Program-made: the position numbers and the translations under genes
The notes under the pieces: generated by a model
Seen by the model: the letters and a program-made list of their open reading frames with translations, nothing else
What the model was told of the DNA's origin: nothing
Database searches by the model: none
From: Mytilus trossulus
Taxonomy: Eukaryota
Direction: 5' to 3'
DNA: 64,000 nucleotides
NCBI RefSeq assembly: GCF_036588685.1
Contig: NC_086378.1
Location: 20,646,001-20,710,000, forward strand
Shown: one piece after another, positions 1 through 14,900 of the stretch
How positions within the stretch are numbered: the first letter of the stretch is position 1
How the letters are laid out: each line of letters starts with the position of its first letter

Positions 1-3000
1 ACTCAACCTGTGGACCGAACCAGTGAATCAAAAAAGGACAGTAACAATGAGACCATAAGAGACGAAAAAATGAAAGAATGTACAAGTAATAATCTAGCAG
101 ATGAATTACCCAATAAAGAATGTTGTAGCTTGATGATAAATGACAAAGTGGGAAGCAATACAGCTATTATTACTGATGACAAAGTGGGAAGCAATACAGC
201 TATTATTACTGATGATGTTGATTGTGTCAAGATAGCTGATAATGAAATAATTATTGTACAAGAATTAGAAGATCATGATTCGGTAAAGCTTGAGGAACAA
301 ATGGAGGTTTTTATAGAAGATGAACACGACCAGACAGAAACAAATAACGTTGTGGATATTGATGGCAATGGAACAAGTGATGAAGACCTACTACAAACTC
401 AAACAGAAGTGGAGGAGAATGAAGATAGCGATATTCGGGTCACTGATCTTCACCAAGATCTCATAGCAACACAGACTGAATTAAATGATGTGGAGAAAAA
501 AGATGAAGAGGAAATATTGACAGCAACCCAATCTATGATGAATGAAATAAAGGAGTTTGGAGAGACTCAAGATAGTATGACAACATATGGTCCAGATCTT
601 ATAGCTACACAACCATATTCTGATGCATCTGAGACAACAGAGCAGTTGGAATCAGAAACAATTGTCAATCATGGTGAACTCAGTGAATCGGTTGTTGAAG
701 AACCAGAGGAATCAGTAACAATTGTCAAACATGGTGAACTTGGTGAATCAGTTGTTGAAGAACCAGAGGAATCAGTAACAATTATCTATCATGGTAAACT
801 TGGTGAATCAGTTGTGAAAAAACCAGAAGAATCAGTAACAATTGTCAATCATGATGAAAATGGTGAATCAGTTGTTGAAGAACCAGAAGAATCAGTAACG
901 ATTGTCAATCATTGTGAACTCGGTGAATCAGTTGTTGAAGAACCAGAAGAATCAGTAACGATTGTCAATCATGGTGAACTTGGTGAATCAGTTGTTGAAG
1001 AACCAGAAGAATCAGTAATAATCGCCAATCATGGTGAACTTGGTGAATCAGTTGTTGAAGAACCAGAAGAATCAGTAAGGATTGTCAATCATGGTGAACT
1101 TGGTGAATCAGTTGTTGAAGAACCAGAGGAATCAGTAACAATTATCAATCATGGTAAACTTGGTGAATCAGTTGTGGAAAAACCAGAAGAATCAGTAACA
1201 ATTGTCAATCATGATGAACTTGGTGAATCAGTTGTTGAAGAACTAGAAGAATCAGAAACAATTATCTATCATAGTAAACTTGGTGAATCAGTTGTGGAAA
1301 AACCAGAAAAATCAGTAACAATTGTCAATCATGGTAAACTTGGTGAATCAGTTGTGGAAAAACCAGAAGAATCAGTAACAATTGTCAATCATGATGAACT
1401 TGGTGAATCAGTTGTTGAAGAACTAGAAGAATCAGAAACAATTGTCAATCATGGTGAACTTGGTGAATCAGTTGTTGAAGAACCAGAGGAATCCGTAATA
1501 ATTGTCAATCATGGTAAACTTGATGAATCGGTTGTTGAAGAACCAGAAGAATCAGAAACGATTGTCAATCATGGTGAACTTGGTGAATCAGTTGTTGAAG
1601 AACCAGAAGATTCAGAAACGATTGTCACTCATGGTAAACTTGGTGAATCAGTTGTGGAAAAACCAGAAGAATCAGTAACAATTGTCAATCATGATGAACT
1701 TGTTGAATCAGTTGTTGAAGAACTAGAAGAAACAGAAACAATTGTCAATCTTGGTGAACTTGGTGAATCAGTTGTTGAAGAACCAGAAGAATCAGTTATA
1801 ATTGTCAATCATGGTGAACTTGGTGAATCAGTTGTTGAAGAACCAGAAGAATCAGTAACAATTATCAATCATGGTGAACTTGGTGAATCAGTTGTGGAAA
1901 AACCAGAAGAATCAGTAACAATTGTCAATCATGGTGAAGTTGATGAATCGGTTGTTGAAGAACCAGAAGAATCAGAAACGATTGTCAATCATGGTGAACT
2001 TGGTGAATCAGTTGTTGAAGAACCAGAGGAATCAGTAACAATTATCTATCATGGTAAACTTGGTGAATCAGTTGTGAAAAAACCAGAAGAATCAGTAACA
2101 ATTGTCAATCATGATGAAGTTGATGAATCGGTTGTTGAAGAACCAGAAGAATCAGAAACGATTGTCAATCACGGTGAACTTGGTGAATCAGTTGTTGAAG
2201 AACCAGAAGAATCAAAAACAATTGTCAATCATGGTGAACTTGGTGAATCAGTTGTTGAAGAACCAGAAGAATCAGTAACGATTGGCAATCATGGTGAACT
2301 TGGTGAATCAGTTTTTAAAGAACCAGAAGAATCAGTAACGATTGTCAATCATGGTGAACTTAGTGAATCAGTTGTTGAAGAACCAAAAGAATCAGTAAAG
2401 ATTGTCAATCATGGTGAACTTAATGAATCAATTGTAGTTAGTAATGTTAGTTATGGTAATGTGTTTGAGGACACTCTTGTTAATATTGATGAAATTAAAA
2501 GTAATGACACCACTGAAGGAAGTGAGGTCCAACAGCTTAGTGATGATATCATAAATAGAGTTAATGTCGAACAAGCATTCAAAGAAACATCAATTTCATG
2601 TTTAGAAAATACTGATAAATCTATATGTAGAACAGAAAGTGAATTTGATAAAGTGGGCAATCTGAATAGAAATGAGTCGCCTAAATATTGTCAACCTGAT
2701 ATGGATGAAACAAGTATTCAAGAGACTATTGTATTGGATGCCCTCAATACTGAGGATTCTGCTAGCTTATTTGACAACCACCAAGAAGACTTTGTAGAGA
2801 ACAATATTGGCGAGGATGTAGGAGACAGGTCAATGCAGATTATGGAAGAAAAACATTCTGACAAGAAAAATGGAAATGATCAATTTGACCTGGACCAAAA
2901 CAAATCATCTGCAGTATTGAAGGAACTAGTAGATGACTTTAGCACAGAAATTTTGGAAGATGGCTCTCAAACCAAACATGGACAAGATACTGTGGAAAAC

Positions 3001-5743
3001 AATCAAGATAGTGGTTTACCAGAGAAAAAAGATAAAAGCAAAATCAGAGAAGAATTACCAGTTGTTGGTGAAGATTCATTTGTCTTTGACTTTAGTAACA
3101 TCTCTGATTTAGAGGATAGTGAAAAATTGATGATAGATCTTAACACAGGCAAGGATGATACTAGTCAATATGATTCTGATGAACAAGTTGATCTCCAAGT
3201 AGGCAAAGAGGATACTAGTCCAGCAGGCAAAGTGGATACTAGTCCAGCAGGCAAAGTGGATACTAGTCAAGCAGGCAATGATGATACTAGTCAAGAAGGC
3301 AATGCTGATACTAGTCAAGCAGGCAACAGTGATACTATTCAAGTAGGCATGGATGATTCTGATGAACAAGTTGATGTCCAAGCTGGCAATGATGAAACTA
3401 CTCCAGTAGGCAAAGAGGATACTAGTCCAGCAGGCAAGGATGATACTAGTCAAGCAGTCAAGGATGATTCGGATGAACAAGTTGATCTCCAAGCAGGCAA
3501 TGATGAAACTAGTCAAGCAGGCAATGATGAAACTACTCCAACAGGCAATGATGAAACTAGTCAAGCAGGCAATGATGAAACTACTTCAACAGGCAATGAT
3601 GAAACTAGTCAGGCAGGCAATGAGGAAACTACTCCAACAGGCAATGATGAAACTAGTCAAGCAGGCAATGATTATACTAGTCAAGTAGACAATGATGAAA
3701 CTAGTCAAGCAGGCAATGATGAAACTAGTCAAGCAGGCAATGATGATACTACTCCAGCAGGCAATGATAATACTAGCCAAAAGGTCATGGATGATTCTGA
3801 TGAACAATTTGATCACCAAGCAGGCAATGATGAAACTAGTCAAGCAGGCAATGATGAAACTAGTCAAGCAGGCAATGATGAAACTAGTCAAGCAGACAAT
3901 GATGAAACTATTCAAGCAGACAATGATGAAACTAGTCAAGCAGGCAATGATGAAACTAGTCAAGCAGGCAAGGATGATACTAGTCAAGCAGGCAATGATG
4001 ATACTACTCCAACAGGCAATGATGAAACTAGTCGAGCAGGCAATGATGAAACTAGTCAAGCAGGCAATGATGATACTACTCCAACAGGCAACGATGAAAC
4101 TAGTCAAGTAGGCAAGGATGGTTTGGATGAACAAGTTGATCTCCAGGTAGACAATGATGAAACTAGTCAAGCAGACAATGATGAAACTAGTCAAGTAGAC
4201 AATGATGAAACTAGTCGAGCAGACAATGGTGAAACTAGTCAAGTAGACAATGATGAAACTAGTCAAATAGACAATGATGAAACTAGTCAAGCAGGCAATG
4301 ATGAAACTAGTCAAGCAGGCAATGATGAAACTAGTCAAGCAGGCAATGATGATACTACTCCAACAGGCAATGATGAAACTAGTCAAGTAGGCAAGGATGG
4401 TTTGGATGAACAAGTTGATCTCCAGGTAGACAATGGAGAAATTAGTCCAGGAGGCAATGATGATTCTAGTCAATATGATTCTGATGAAAAAGTAACAGAA
4501 GACGTTGAAGTTTCCAATGAAAATAAAATTACTATTTCAGACAGCACTGAAAACAGTAAATCTGACTTTGAAGACATTATAAGGGATACCCCCAACAAGT
4601 CTGAGCTGGAAGTTGATGATAAAAGCCCTGTCGATTTGAAGGAGGATGACACTGATACAGGAGATCATCTAGCAGGAAAAGTAACGAAAATCTTTACGAG
4701 TTTTATGAATCGTTTGAAGTCTGAATCGGGTACAGATGAGATTGAAAGTGTACGCTTTACATCTGGTAACTGTGGAGATGACAAGACTAATTATAGTACA
4801 TATACACTACCAGACTTTGATATTTCATCTGATGGTAGCATACTTAAATCAGAGAGTAGAAGTAGAGAGAGCTCTGTAGAGTTTGTTTGTACAGCTCCTG
4901 TAACACCAAGTGCTGACTTATGTAATGAGGATTCTGATTCCCTGCCAGAAGTTGAATTTCTAAGAGCCAGTCCAGCAAAACATCCAATCGTTAAAGAGGA
5001 AAAGTCAGGAGATGATTCTGGATTAGAAAGTGGCATAGATGTTACGGATAAGGTTGATGACTTCATTGATAAGAAATGTAAGAAATTGATAATCAGGATG
5101 CCATCCACACCAGTTAAAGATAATGAGCAGATAAAGGCTGTATTTCATGTCTCCTCAGACAGTTCTAGTCTGGAAAATAATACACCACCTATTCAACGGT
5201 GTATTACACCAGTCAAATCTAGAGAGTCAACCCCATCAAAATTAAAACTCGAGTTGAAAAAACTTGATGCAGGTGAAGAAAGTCCAAGAAAAAAAAGTTT
5301 AAGAAAGAAAAAGAAAGATCCAAGCCCTAAAAAGCAAAAATCCCCAATAAAAATTCATGAAGAACCAGATGAAAACCACAATAAAAGACCATCCAGGAAG
5401 AAAAAGACAGATACCAGTTCTGAAAAAGAGAAAACACCTGTTCGTGATGGAGAGTTTTCAGGGAAGGGAGAAGGGAGAAAAAGGAAATTATATCAAAGTC
5501 CTAAAACTTGCCAGACACCTGAAAAGAAAAAAGATACTCCCAGCAAAAAGAAAAAAATGACTAAAGATAAACAAAGGTTGAGTGATTTGATTGAAATTTG
5601 TACTGATGATGATTCAGAATCTGAGATGGTGTCAAGGTCACCAATAGTCAAAACTGAACAGAATGAAGGGCACGATGATGAACCAAGTTATGAAGTGGCA
5701 ACTGCAGAGAGTAGTAGTCTTACAGACTACACGAGTCAAAAAG
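1..5743 (+). CDS. Host gene exon A (>5.7 kb, begins upstream of window): acidic low-complexity region with coding tandem repeats and a Lys/Arg-rich segment
   Basis: Frame is open from base 1 (TQPVDRTSES...). Donor AAAG|GTATAT at 5743/5744 is phase 1 and matches the next exon. Confidence 0.8.
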
Positions 5744-8700
5744 GTATATATCTTGTCAAGTATAAATTGAACCCTGGGAAACAAGAGTCGGATTGTATTT
5801 TGACCCTCTATGACCCTATTTAACATTCTTTAAGATTTTAGTTGCAAATATAGCTATAATTTTTTTTCCAAAAAAATGATTCATTATACAGAGGGCAAAT
5901 TGTTAACTTGGAAAATTACCCTGTAAATTTTAGAGGGGTATACATAAACCAATTATTTTTAGAGTATAAATTCATTTTGATTTGATTGAATATGTTGTGA
6001 TAGAAAAATAATCTTCAATTTGAACATTTTGTGAAGAAAATACTGCTTGAAGATCAGTATTTTATTTGATTTGTTAAAGAAACAAATAGTTGTGTGTAAT
6101 GTTATGTATAAGAGCCTGGAATATTATTCTGAAGCAGTAATCTTGGCTAATACACTAACAGATCATCTTTTCCTTAATTCACTTCAGTTAGAGCTTAAAC
6201 AAACAAGTTTTAAATGTGCATAGAATAGCAATACAATAAATGTAATATTATTTTTGGGTACATGTACTAATTTGTATGGGTAAAAAAAAAAAAAAATACA
6301 TGTCACTAAAAAAATACAGTAATATATATTGTCATATAAAGATTCTACTTGTTGAAGTCTTTTGTTCAGTAGGCATGGCTGAAAATAATAGCATCCCTTT
6401 ATTGATATCTTAAAACTTATTTTGTATTAGTTGTACTTTAAGGATGTACTTAGGAATTAAGAAATTAAGAAATTAAAAAAAAATTGATACTATAAGCTGG
6501 TAGAGCATCAATTAAGGATAAAGATAAGCTAAAACTATTGATAGGTCATGGATCTCCTTTTTGAGATATTTGATATTTAAAATATGTCAGGGGGGGGGGA
6601 GGCTGACATGCACTTTTACCTTGTACTGTGGATTCATTATTATTCGTTGGAAACCAATTTTCATGGATTCGTGGGAACAGACAAACTACGAAATTAAATG
6701 TTCAACGAATACCTAATTTTCTGTAGGCTTGTATGCAGATTTCTACAAAACCACTAAATTAAATATCCACGAACATATAAGTTTTCCTCAATCCACGAAA
6801 ATTGGTATCCACGAAAATAAACGAATCCAAATTATTTGCATTGGTATTATTTGGGTCTCAAAACAAAAGAAAGAAATCAAGAATCTTGTAAAATTTTGGT
6901 AAATGACCTTTCATTGGCTGTTATGTCTTATATGAAAAAATAAATGGGTGTTATGGGTCAAAAAATTTACATTGTATTGTATGGAAAAACACCAAGGAGT
7001 CTAAACATTTGACACAAATTTCAAAACCTCATCTAAGTACATCCTTAAGGCATATACATATACCTGAAGTTTAACTCAATTACAAGAAAAGTAATTAAAG
7101 CAGGTACACATCATTAATGCCACTAAAATATGTGTATTTACAGATTGTTCTGATGGATTGGAATGGTGTAGTCAAGAAACACATACTACAGAAAAGGTAC
7201 TGTATACAGTTATATTAAATCTTTTAAGTTAGAATATTACCTAGATTAATGATTTAAATTTAAGATTAATAAAGATATGTATATAGATATAAGAAGATGT
7301 GATATGAGAGCCAATGAGATAACTCTATTCTAGTCATAATTTGTAAAAAAAAATCAAAACATAACAGGTCAAAGTCTTAAACAGGGAGACGTGGTTCACA
7401 CTGAACAGCAAGATTTAAAGGACCCAATAAATGACTAGTGTAAAACCAATTAAACAGGAAAACCAAAGGTCTAATCTTAAAAAAAAAAGAAACGAGGAAA
7501 CACTTGTGAACGACATCAACAAACATCAGGTTTTTAGCTCACCCGGCCCGAAGGGCCAAGTGAGCTTATGCCATCACTTTGCGTCCGCCGTCGTCTGTCG
7601 TCGTAAACTATTTCAAGAATCTTCTCTGAAACTACTGGGCCAAATACTTCCAAACTTTAACTGAATGTTCCTTAGGGTATCTAGTTTATAAATTGTATCC
7701 GAAGTTTTGATCTATCTACAAACATGGTAGCCATTGCTAAAAATAGAACATAGGGGTCAAATTCAGTTTTTGGCTTATAACTCAAAAACCAAAGCATTTA
7801 GAGCAAATCTGACATGGGGTAATATTGTTTATCAGGTCAAGATCTATCTGCCCTGAAATTTTCAGATGAATCAGACAATCCGTTGTTGGGTTGCTGCCCC
7901 TGAATTGGTAATTTTAAGGAAATTTTGCTGTTTTTGGTTATTATCTTGAATATTATTATAGATAGAGATAAACTGTAAACAGCAATAATGTTCAGCAAAG
8001 TAAGATTTACAAATAAGTCAACACGACCGAAATGGTCAGTTGACCCCTTTAGGAGTTATTGCCCTTTATAGTCAATTTTTAACCATTTTTCGTAAATCTT
8101 AGTAATCTTTTACAAAAATCTTCTCCTGAAACTACTAGGCCAAATACTTCAAAGTTTAACTGAATGTTCCTTAGGGATCTAGTTTATAAATTGTATCCGA
8201 AGTTTTGATCTATCAACAAACCTGGTGGCCATTGCTAAAAATAGAACATAGGGGTCAAATGCAGTTTTTGGCTTATAACTCAAAAACCATATAATTTAGA
8301 GCAAATCTGACATGGGGTTATATTGTTTATCAGGTCAAGATCTATCTGCCCTGAAATTTTCAGATGAATCAGTCATTCTGTTGTTGGGTTGCTGCCCCTG
8401 AATTGATAATTTTAAGAAAATTTTGCTGTTTTTGGTTATTATCTTGAATATTATTATAGATAGAGATAAACTGTAAACAGCAATAATGTTCAACAAAGTA
8501 AGATCTACAAATAAGTCAACTTGACCAAAATTGTCAGTTGACCCTTAAGGAGTTATTGCCCTTTAAACTCTTTTTTACAATTAGTTCATCATGTTGACTT
8601 ACTTTAAAAAATCTTCTCCTTTGAAACTGCTGTATCAATTTCAGCCAAACTTAGGCTAAATGAGTTTCAGAGTATCTAGTATAAATTTTATATTTTATTT

Positions 8701-8940
8701 CCTTGTATGTAAAGAAACATAGCTCCTATGACTAAAATAGAACATAGGAGAACATGAGGTTTTTTTTGCTTTTGAAGAAAATAGGACGATCCAAAGAACA
8801 TTTAAATAAATTGAAAAGCCAAAATAATCATTGATGAGAGATTTAACCAAAAGAATTAAGGTGAGCGATTCAGGCTCTTGAGAGCCTCTTGTTTCATTAG
8901 GTGCTGTCTGTCTGTCTGTCTGTCTGTCTCTGTCTCTGTC

Positions 8941-8973
<33 letters not shown>

Positions 8974-11900
8974 TGATAGTAAAACAAAATCATGATACAA
9001 ACCGAAAAAAAACCCAGGTAATAATGCATGATCCTGTTCTTCTCTATTCATGCTATTAGATAGTTATCTTATTGGCACTCATAACATATCTCCTTTTAAA
9101 AAAAATTATAACATAAATAGTTTTAATCTCAATTAACTAGATGAGAATTTGCACTGTAAACCTTTTTATTCGTTCTGGTTTAACATCTCAATTTGATTCA
9201 CAAAAAATGTAATTGAAAGAGATACTGATAATCCTTATTGAGGCAGTCCCCTTCCATCCCAACAGAGGATAAAAATGACAAATATTAAAAAGTAACATTA
9301 TATTTTGTGCCATAAGCTAAGGAAAACACTGTTTGCTAGGTTTTTGTAATTTCCTCCGTTGAATATTGTGTTTTATTATTTTATTTATTTTAACAACAGG
9401 ATACAGTACAGGGAACACAGTCAAGTATTAGTGACATAGATAACATTCATAGTGAGGAGAGTACAGACTGTAATACACAACCGTGTCAACAAATGATACT
9501 ACCAGACGACCAAATATCTGAACTCTCATTTTCAAATACTGTCGTAACCGATTCAGTGACTGAAGATGAGAGCATCTGTTTGGAAAGATTACCAGGCCTG
9601 GTTCCATCAGATCAGACACCAACTTCTGCAACATCTTATGATGAAAATGAGGCTGGCATAGACGATGACCATACCGATGGAGAAATATCTCCTGTGAAGG
9701 AAATTGATCAGCTCGATATACAATGTACATTTGAAGATGTCGCTACTGACGATGAGGACAATCAAGACATTGGTAATATTGTTAATTTTCTTGAAAATGA
9801 AACTGTTTGTTATAGTGACCTTCATGAAGATCAGAGGTCACTCAGTGGACAGTCTCACACTGGGGATGATTATCCATCTGTTGATAGACAACTATCTCCT
9901 ACTTATGAAATGGAAAGGGAACCAGTCCCAGGTGTAAAGTATGGTTTCCTGTCAGAACCAGAAGAAAAGAGCACAGATAATCTACACAATAATTCTGAAT
10001 GTGATTATTTAAAAAATGGAATGGAAACGTCCACACCAAATGAGTTTGAAAAGGATTCATTGAGGAGGCTGCAAAACTTGGAGAGGAAATTACAAGAGAA
10101 ATCATTGAATCATCAACATGTGACAAGTATAGAGACTGGTACTCCCAATATTTCAAGAAGTGATGAAACGGTATTGTATTATGATGATGAAAGTGGTCCA
10201 ACAGTTCATATAGAAAATGTGAGGGGAAATTTTGCTGGTGATTTCAATCCAAGTTCAGATGAAGAGGACAATGATATTGACAGTGGAACTCCCCTGTCAT
10301 TACAGTTTAGTAGTAATAGTTTGACCATGCCTGCTCTTAATGATGAAGTAAGGGATAATGATCCATACCATGTAGAAGAGAGAATGGATGGTAGTAATAG
10401 TTTGACCATGCCTGCTCTTGATGATGAAGTTAGGGATAATGATCCATACCATGTAGAAGAGAGAATGGATGGTAGTAATAGTTTGACCATGCCTACTATT
10501 GATGATGAAGTAAGGGATCCATACCATGTAGAGGAGAGAATGGAAGACTCTACCAATTATAGTGCTGCAAATAAAGAAAATGTACTTGGACATCATAGGA
10601 CAAGCCAAGACATCTCCAACAGGATAAATTATGGTCAAAGTTGGGAAGGTAGCTCTATAGATTACCAAGAAGATGAGGGAAATTTCCAACAAGGCCAAAA
10701 TGAGGGTTATAATGACAAAAGTATTGATGTTTTATATGAAAGGAATAGAAACTCATTGACTTCTTCATACCCACAAAATATTAAAGAGGAAATAAAATCA
10801 CCAGAAGAGATTATGCCTAAAAGAAAAGCTAAAGATTTACTAGAAAAACTTAGGGCCAAGAAGATGAGGTTATCACTTCCAAAAGCAGCAATGCCATTAA
10901 AAGTGAACGAAAATGATGGACAAGAAGCTGGTCCAAGTCGAATAAGACCTCCAACACCTGCCATGTCTGGGGATTTAGATAGGTATGATATGTTCTGGAT
11001 ATTTCCTCTATGGGTTATCACTAATATTTCTTCAAAAATTTGATAATGACCATTAAAATATAAATAAAATATTTTAAGGAGTAAAAAAAGGGATAAATGG
11101 AAATACTGTTTTGGGATGGGAGTGGCCTAATATATGTATGGTCAATATTTATCAATTATGGACTGTTGGCGAGGTTAATACATTATATAAGGACCTGTTC
11201 AGATTAAATTGACCAAAGACTTGTCCGAGTGTCAATATAATCAAACAGGTCCATATATCACTTATTAACTGAGTGAAAGTCCTTAATTTTTATATTACAT
11301 ATATGTAAATTATGTATAAGGAAAATGGAGCTTAATGTTCCTTCTGTGTATTCTTAAATTGTATTTTGCAAATTAGAAATACCAATATTTTTTGAACAAC
11401 TTTATAGCTTGTTGCGTTAGCTTCCTTGTATTCTCAGAGGCTGCATTTAACATAAAATTCTTGATATCTTCTTATGATAAAATTGCATTTTTTTAAAACT
11501 GCAGCAGCATGTTCCATGGTTGTTATGACGTCATAAATCTAAATTTAGCAACAGATTTCTTTATATTGACCACCAATAAAAAGAAACATAGTGTCAATAT
11601 ACGTAAAAATAGAGACAAGGCTTCATATATGTAAAATAACTAATGAAACACATGATCGTCATATCCAATGAAAACAATAGAATGCTACACCATATATATA
11701 TAATATAAACAATGATAAACAAACTATTAAATTGCTAAAATAAATAGGAAAAAAATAATTGTTTTGTATTTACTGCAAAATGCATTATGATTTTCCATGG
11801 GTTTCTAATGTTTGTAGTTAAAAGAGAACCACATGTTAAAGTGTTGAACAAAGTAAAAGGTTCATTAATGCAAAACTGTTTAAAACAACAAATTAAAATT

Positions 11901-14900
11901 TTTTTTTTTTTTGCAAAATCCAGGAAAATTGGTACACACAAATCTGTAATCATTCTGAAAAAATTAAGATATAAGAACAAAATTAGCATATGGTACACTA
12001 GCAAGTATTTTAGAGATATCCGATTTTTTTTTCAGAAATTAAAAAAAACCATTTATATACTATTAATGTTTGTTTTTTCTATACAGGTGCAAGGAAGTAG
12101 TATTAAAGTTGAGGAAATCTTTGTCAAAGGAGAAGAAAATGAAAAACCAACAAAGAGTTGAAGTTTGGAAGTAAGTATACTTTGAAGTTCACCGTGAAAG
12201 TACTTGTATTTTTATGATACATACACAGATTTACTAGAATTGCATGGTTTTGGTTTGATGTCTACTTTGAAATATTTGCAAAGCTTGCAGGTTTAGGTTT
12301 GGGATTATATCAATGTGTAAAATCTTCGGAGCTATATCAGTTTGCGTGGAAATTTAAAAAAAAAAAAAAGCACCGTGATCTTTCCCTGATGATGTTTTAA
12401 TGGCCGTCCGGCTTAAAAAAAAAACTGTAAGATGAACCGCCAAATAATATTAAATCAATAATATTTGGTATACAGTTGCCTTAGCATTAGCATTTCTTCT
12501 TTCCACATTATTATTTGGCCATGCAACTTCAATCCTGGTTGATTTACTTTGAAAGTTTTGCATAGTTTTCATGTTAAGTTTTTAATTAAAACATTTACAA
12601 TCAATATTACATGTATGCAAGACATATCTCTATGTTAACAGTCAATAATTCTTGTTTTTATGCCTGACCTACAATAGTAGAGGGGCATTATGTTTTCTGG
12701 TCTGTTCATTCGTCCGTCTGTTCGTCTGCCCGTTCTTTCATTTGTTGGTCCGCTTCAGGTTGAAGTTTTTTGTAGAAGTAGTTTTTGATGAAGTTGAAGT
12801 CCAATCAACCTGAAACTTATTATACATGTTCCTTATGATGTGATCTTTCTAATTTTAATGCCAAATTAGAGTTCTGACCCCAATTGCAAGGTCCACTGAA
12901 CATAGAAAATGATAGTCCAAGTGGGGCATTTGTGTACTGGGGACACATTCTTGTTTGTTGTTTAATCTTTTACAACAATACCAGTTAAACAACACTGTTT
13001 TAAAGTCTGTTGTACAGTGCTGATTAAAATATAAATTGAATTTCAAATGCATATAAATTTTAGGCAAGAACTGAAAGATCTTGAGATATAAAAAAGAAGA
13101 TGTGGTCGATTGCCAATGAGACAACTATCCACAAGAGACCAAATGACACAGAAATTAACAACTATAGGTCACTTTACTGCCTTCAACAATGAGCAAAGCC
13201 CATACCACATTGCCGGCTATAAAAGGCCCCTAAATGACAAATGTAAAGCAAGTCAAAAGAGAAAAAGAGAAAATAACCGCCTTATCTATGTACAGAAAAT
13301 GGAGGAAAAACAAATGTGTAATACATCAACAAACAACAACCTTGAATTACAGGCTCCTGACTTGGCAGACACATACATACATAATGTGAGGGGGGGGTGG
13401 GGTTAACAAGTTAGCGGGATCCCAATCCTCCCCCTAACCTGGGACAGTGGGGTAACAGTACAACAGAAGAACGAACTATAAAAATCAGTTGAAAAAGGCT
13501 TAGCTCATCAGACAGTAACAAATAGAAATACATCTAACAAAAACGCAAAGTGGATGTGGCTGGTTAAGGTATATTCTCACAAAAAAAAAGACACTAAGTA
13601 CTGATCTAAGAGTACTCCCAGTTACCGAAAGCTAGTTCAAAGCTACTTACAACTATTAAAAAAAGTCATGCATCGAAGACTAAATTATTAATCTGTACAT
13701 ATCCAACATCCAATGGATTTATTGTTAGGACGTCATAAACAGGTATCGACAGATTGTAGATCCATGAATGTGTATATGTATACAACAATAATATTTAGTT
13801 TGCTTTTAATTTTAGAGTTAACTTTGTTTGTCTAAGATAAAAGTGTCTCACTCTAAAGTGCTTATTGAAATAGTGTTATTTCAAATGCTTATTTATTTTA
13901 GGCAAGAATTAACTGAGCTTGAGAGTAGGCTATGTTTGCCCAAGGTTACAGTGGCTGTGGTAGGAACAACGGGTGCAGGGAAGTCCAGTCTGATGAATGC
14001 CATTATAGACCATTACAATGTATTACCTACATCAGGTACACAGGCCTGTACAGCTGTGGTTGTCAAGATAGAGAGTAACAATGACAGTGATCTGTTTGAA
14101 GCTGATATTGAATTTCTCTCTATAGAGGTAAACATTTTCCCTTTAAAAAGTGTTTTTTGGTCTGTGTGTCTGTCTGTCCCACTTTAGGATAAAGTTTTAT
14201 AGTTTTTGGTCAAGTTAGATTTTGATTAAGTTAAAATTCAATCAACTTGAAACATAGTACACATGTTCACTATGATATGGTCTTTCTATTTTTATGCAAA
14301 ACTGAAGTTTAAGATCCAATATGGCGGTTCACTGGACATAGAAAATTATCATGTGAGTGGGACATCTGTGTACTATGGACACATTCTTATTCTTTCTTCT
14401 TTAACATTAAGCTCTTCTTATTTCAAATGATCTTGAAATTTAAAAAGATATATTATTTTCACTTTAAATAGATATTGGATTCTTTAAGTAGGTAAAAAAA
14501 TAATAAAAAAATCACAATGTATTCTTGCTTTGATGGTTAAATTATTTAAGGTTTACCAAAAACTCAAACCATATTGTTGAATCCATCCAACCAGTTACTA
14601 CTGTACAGTTGGATAACTGACATAAACGATAGATACAAGTAGGTAATGAAATGAGGAACAAACGAAGTGGAGAAATTTGCAGTTTTTTTATATAAAAAGT
14701 GAACTTCTAATACTTTAAGGTTTTTGAAAATATTAATATTCAATTTTAGGAATGGGAGAATGAACTCCAACTATTGAAAAAAGACTTGACAGATAAAAAT
14801 GGAAAAATAAAGAAAGTCAAACCTGACCCAGAAACAGAAGCAGGAGTAGCTTTTCTGAAGATGAGAGCTGTGTATGGAAAGTTTGAAACTTTTGAACAGT

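Noticed and set aside
3109-4473. Hydrophobic ORFs on the - strand and MMKLVKQA ORFs in the alternative + frame
   Set aside because: Alternative-frame translations of the 24-bp coding repeat in exon A.
5744-5823. ORF tails past donor sites (also 10983-11043, 14128-14187, 14963-15055)
   Set aside because: Intronic read-through beyond clear GT donors. The spliced model continues in frame without them.
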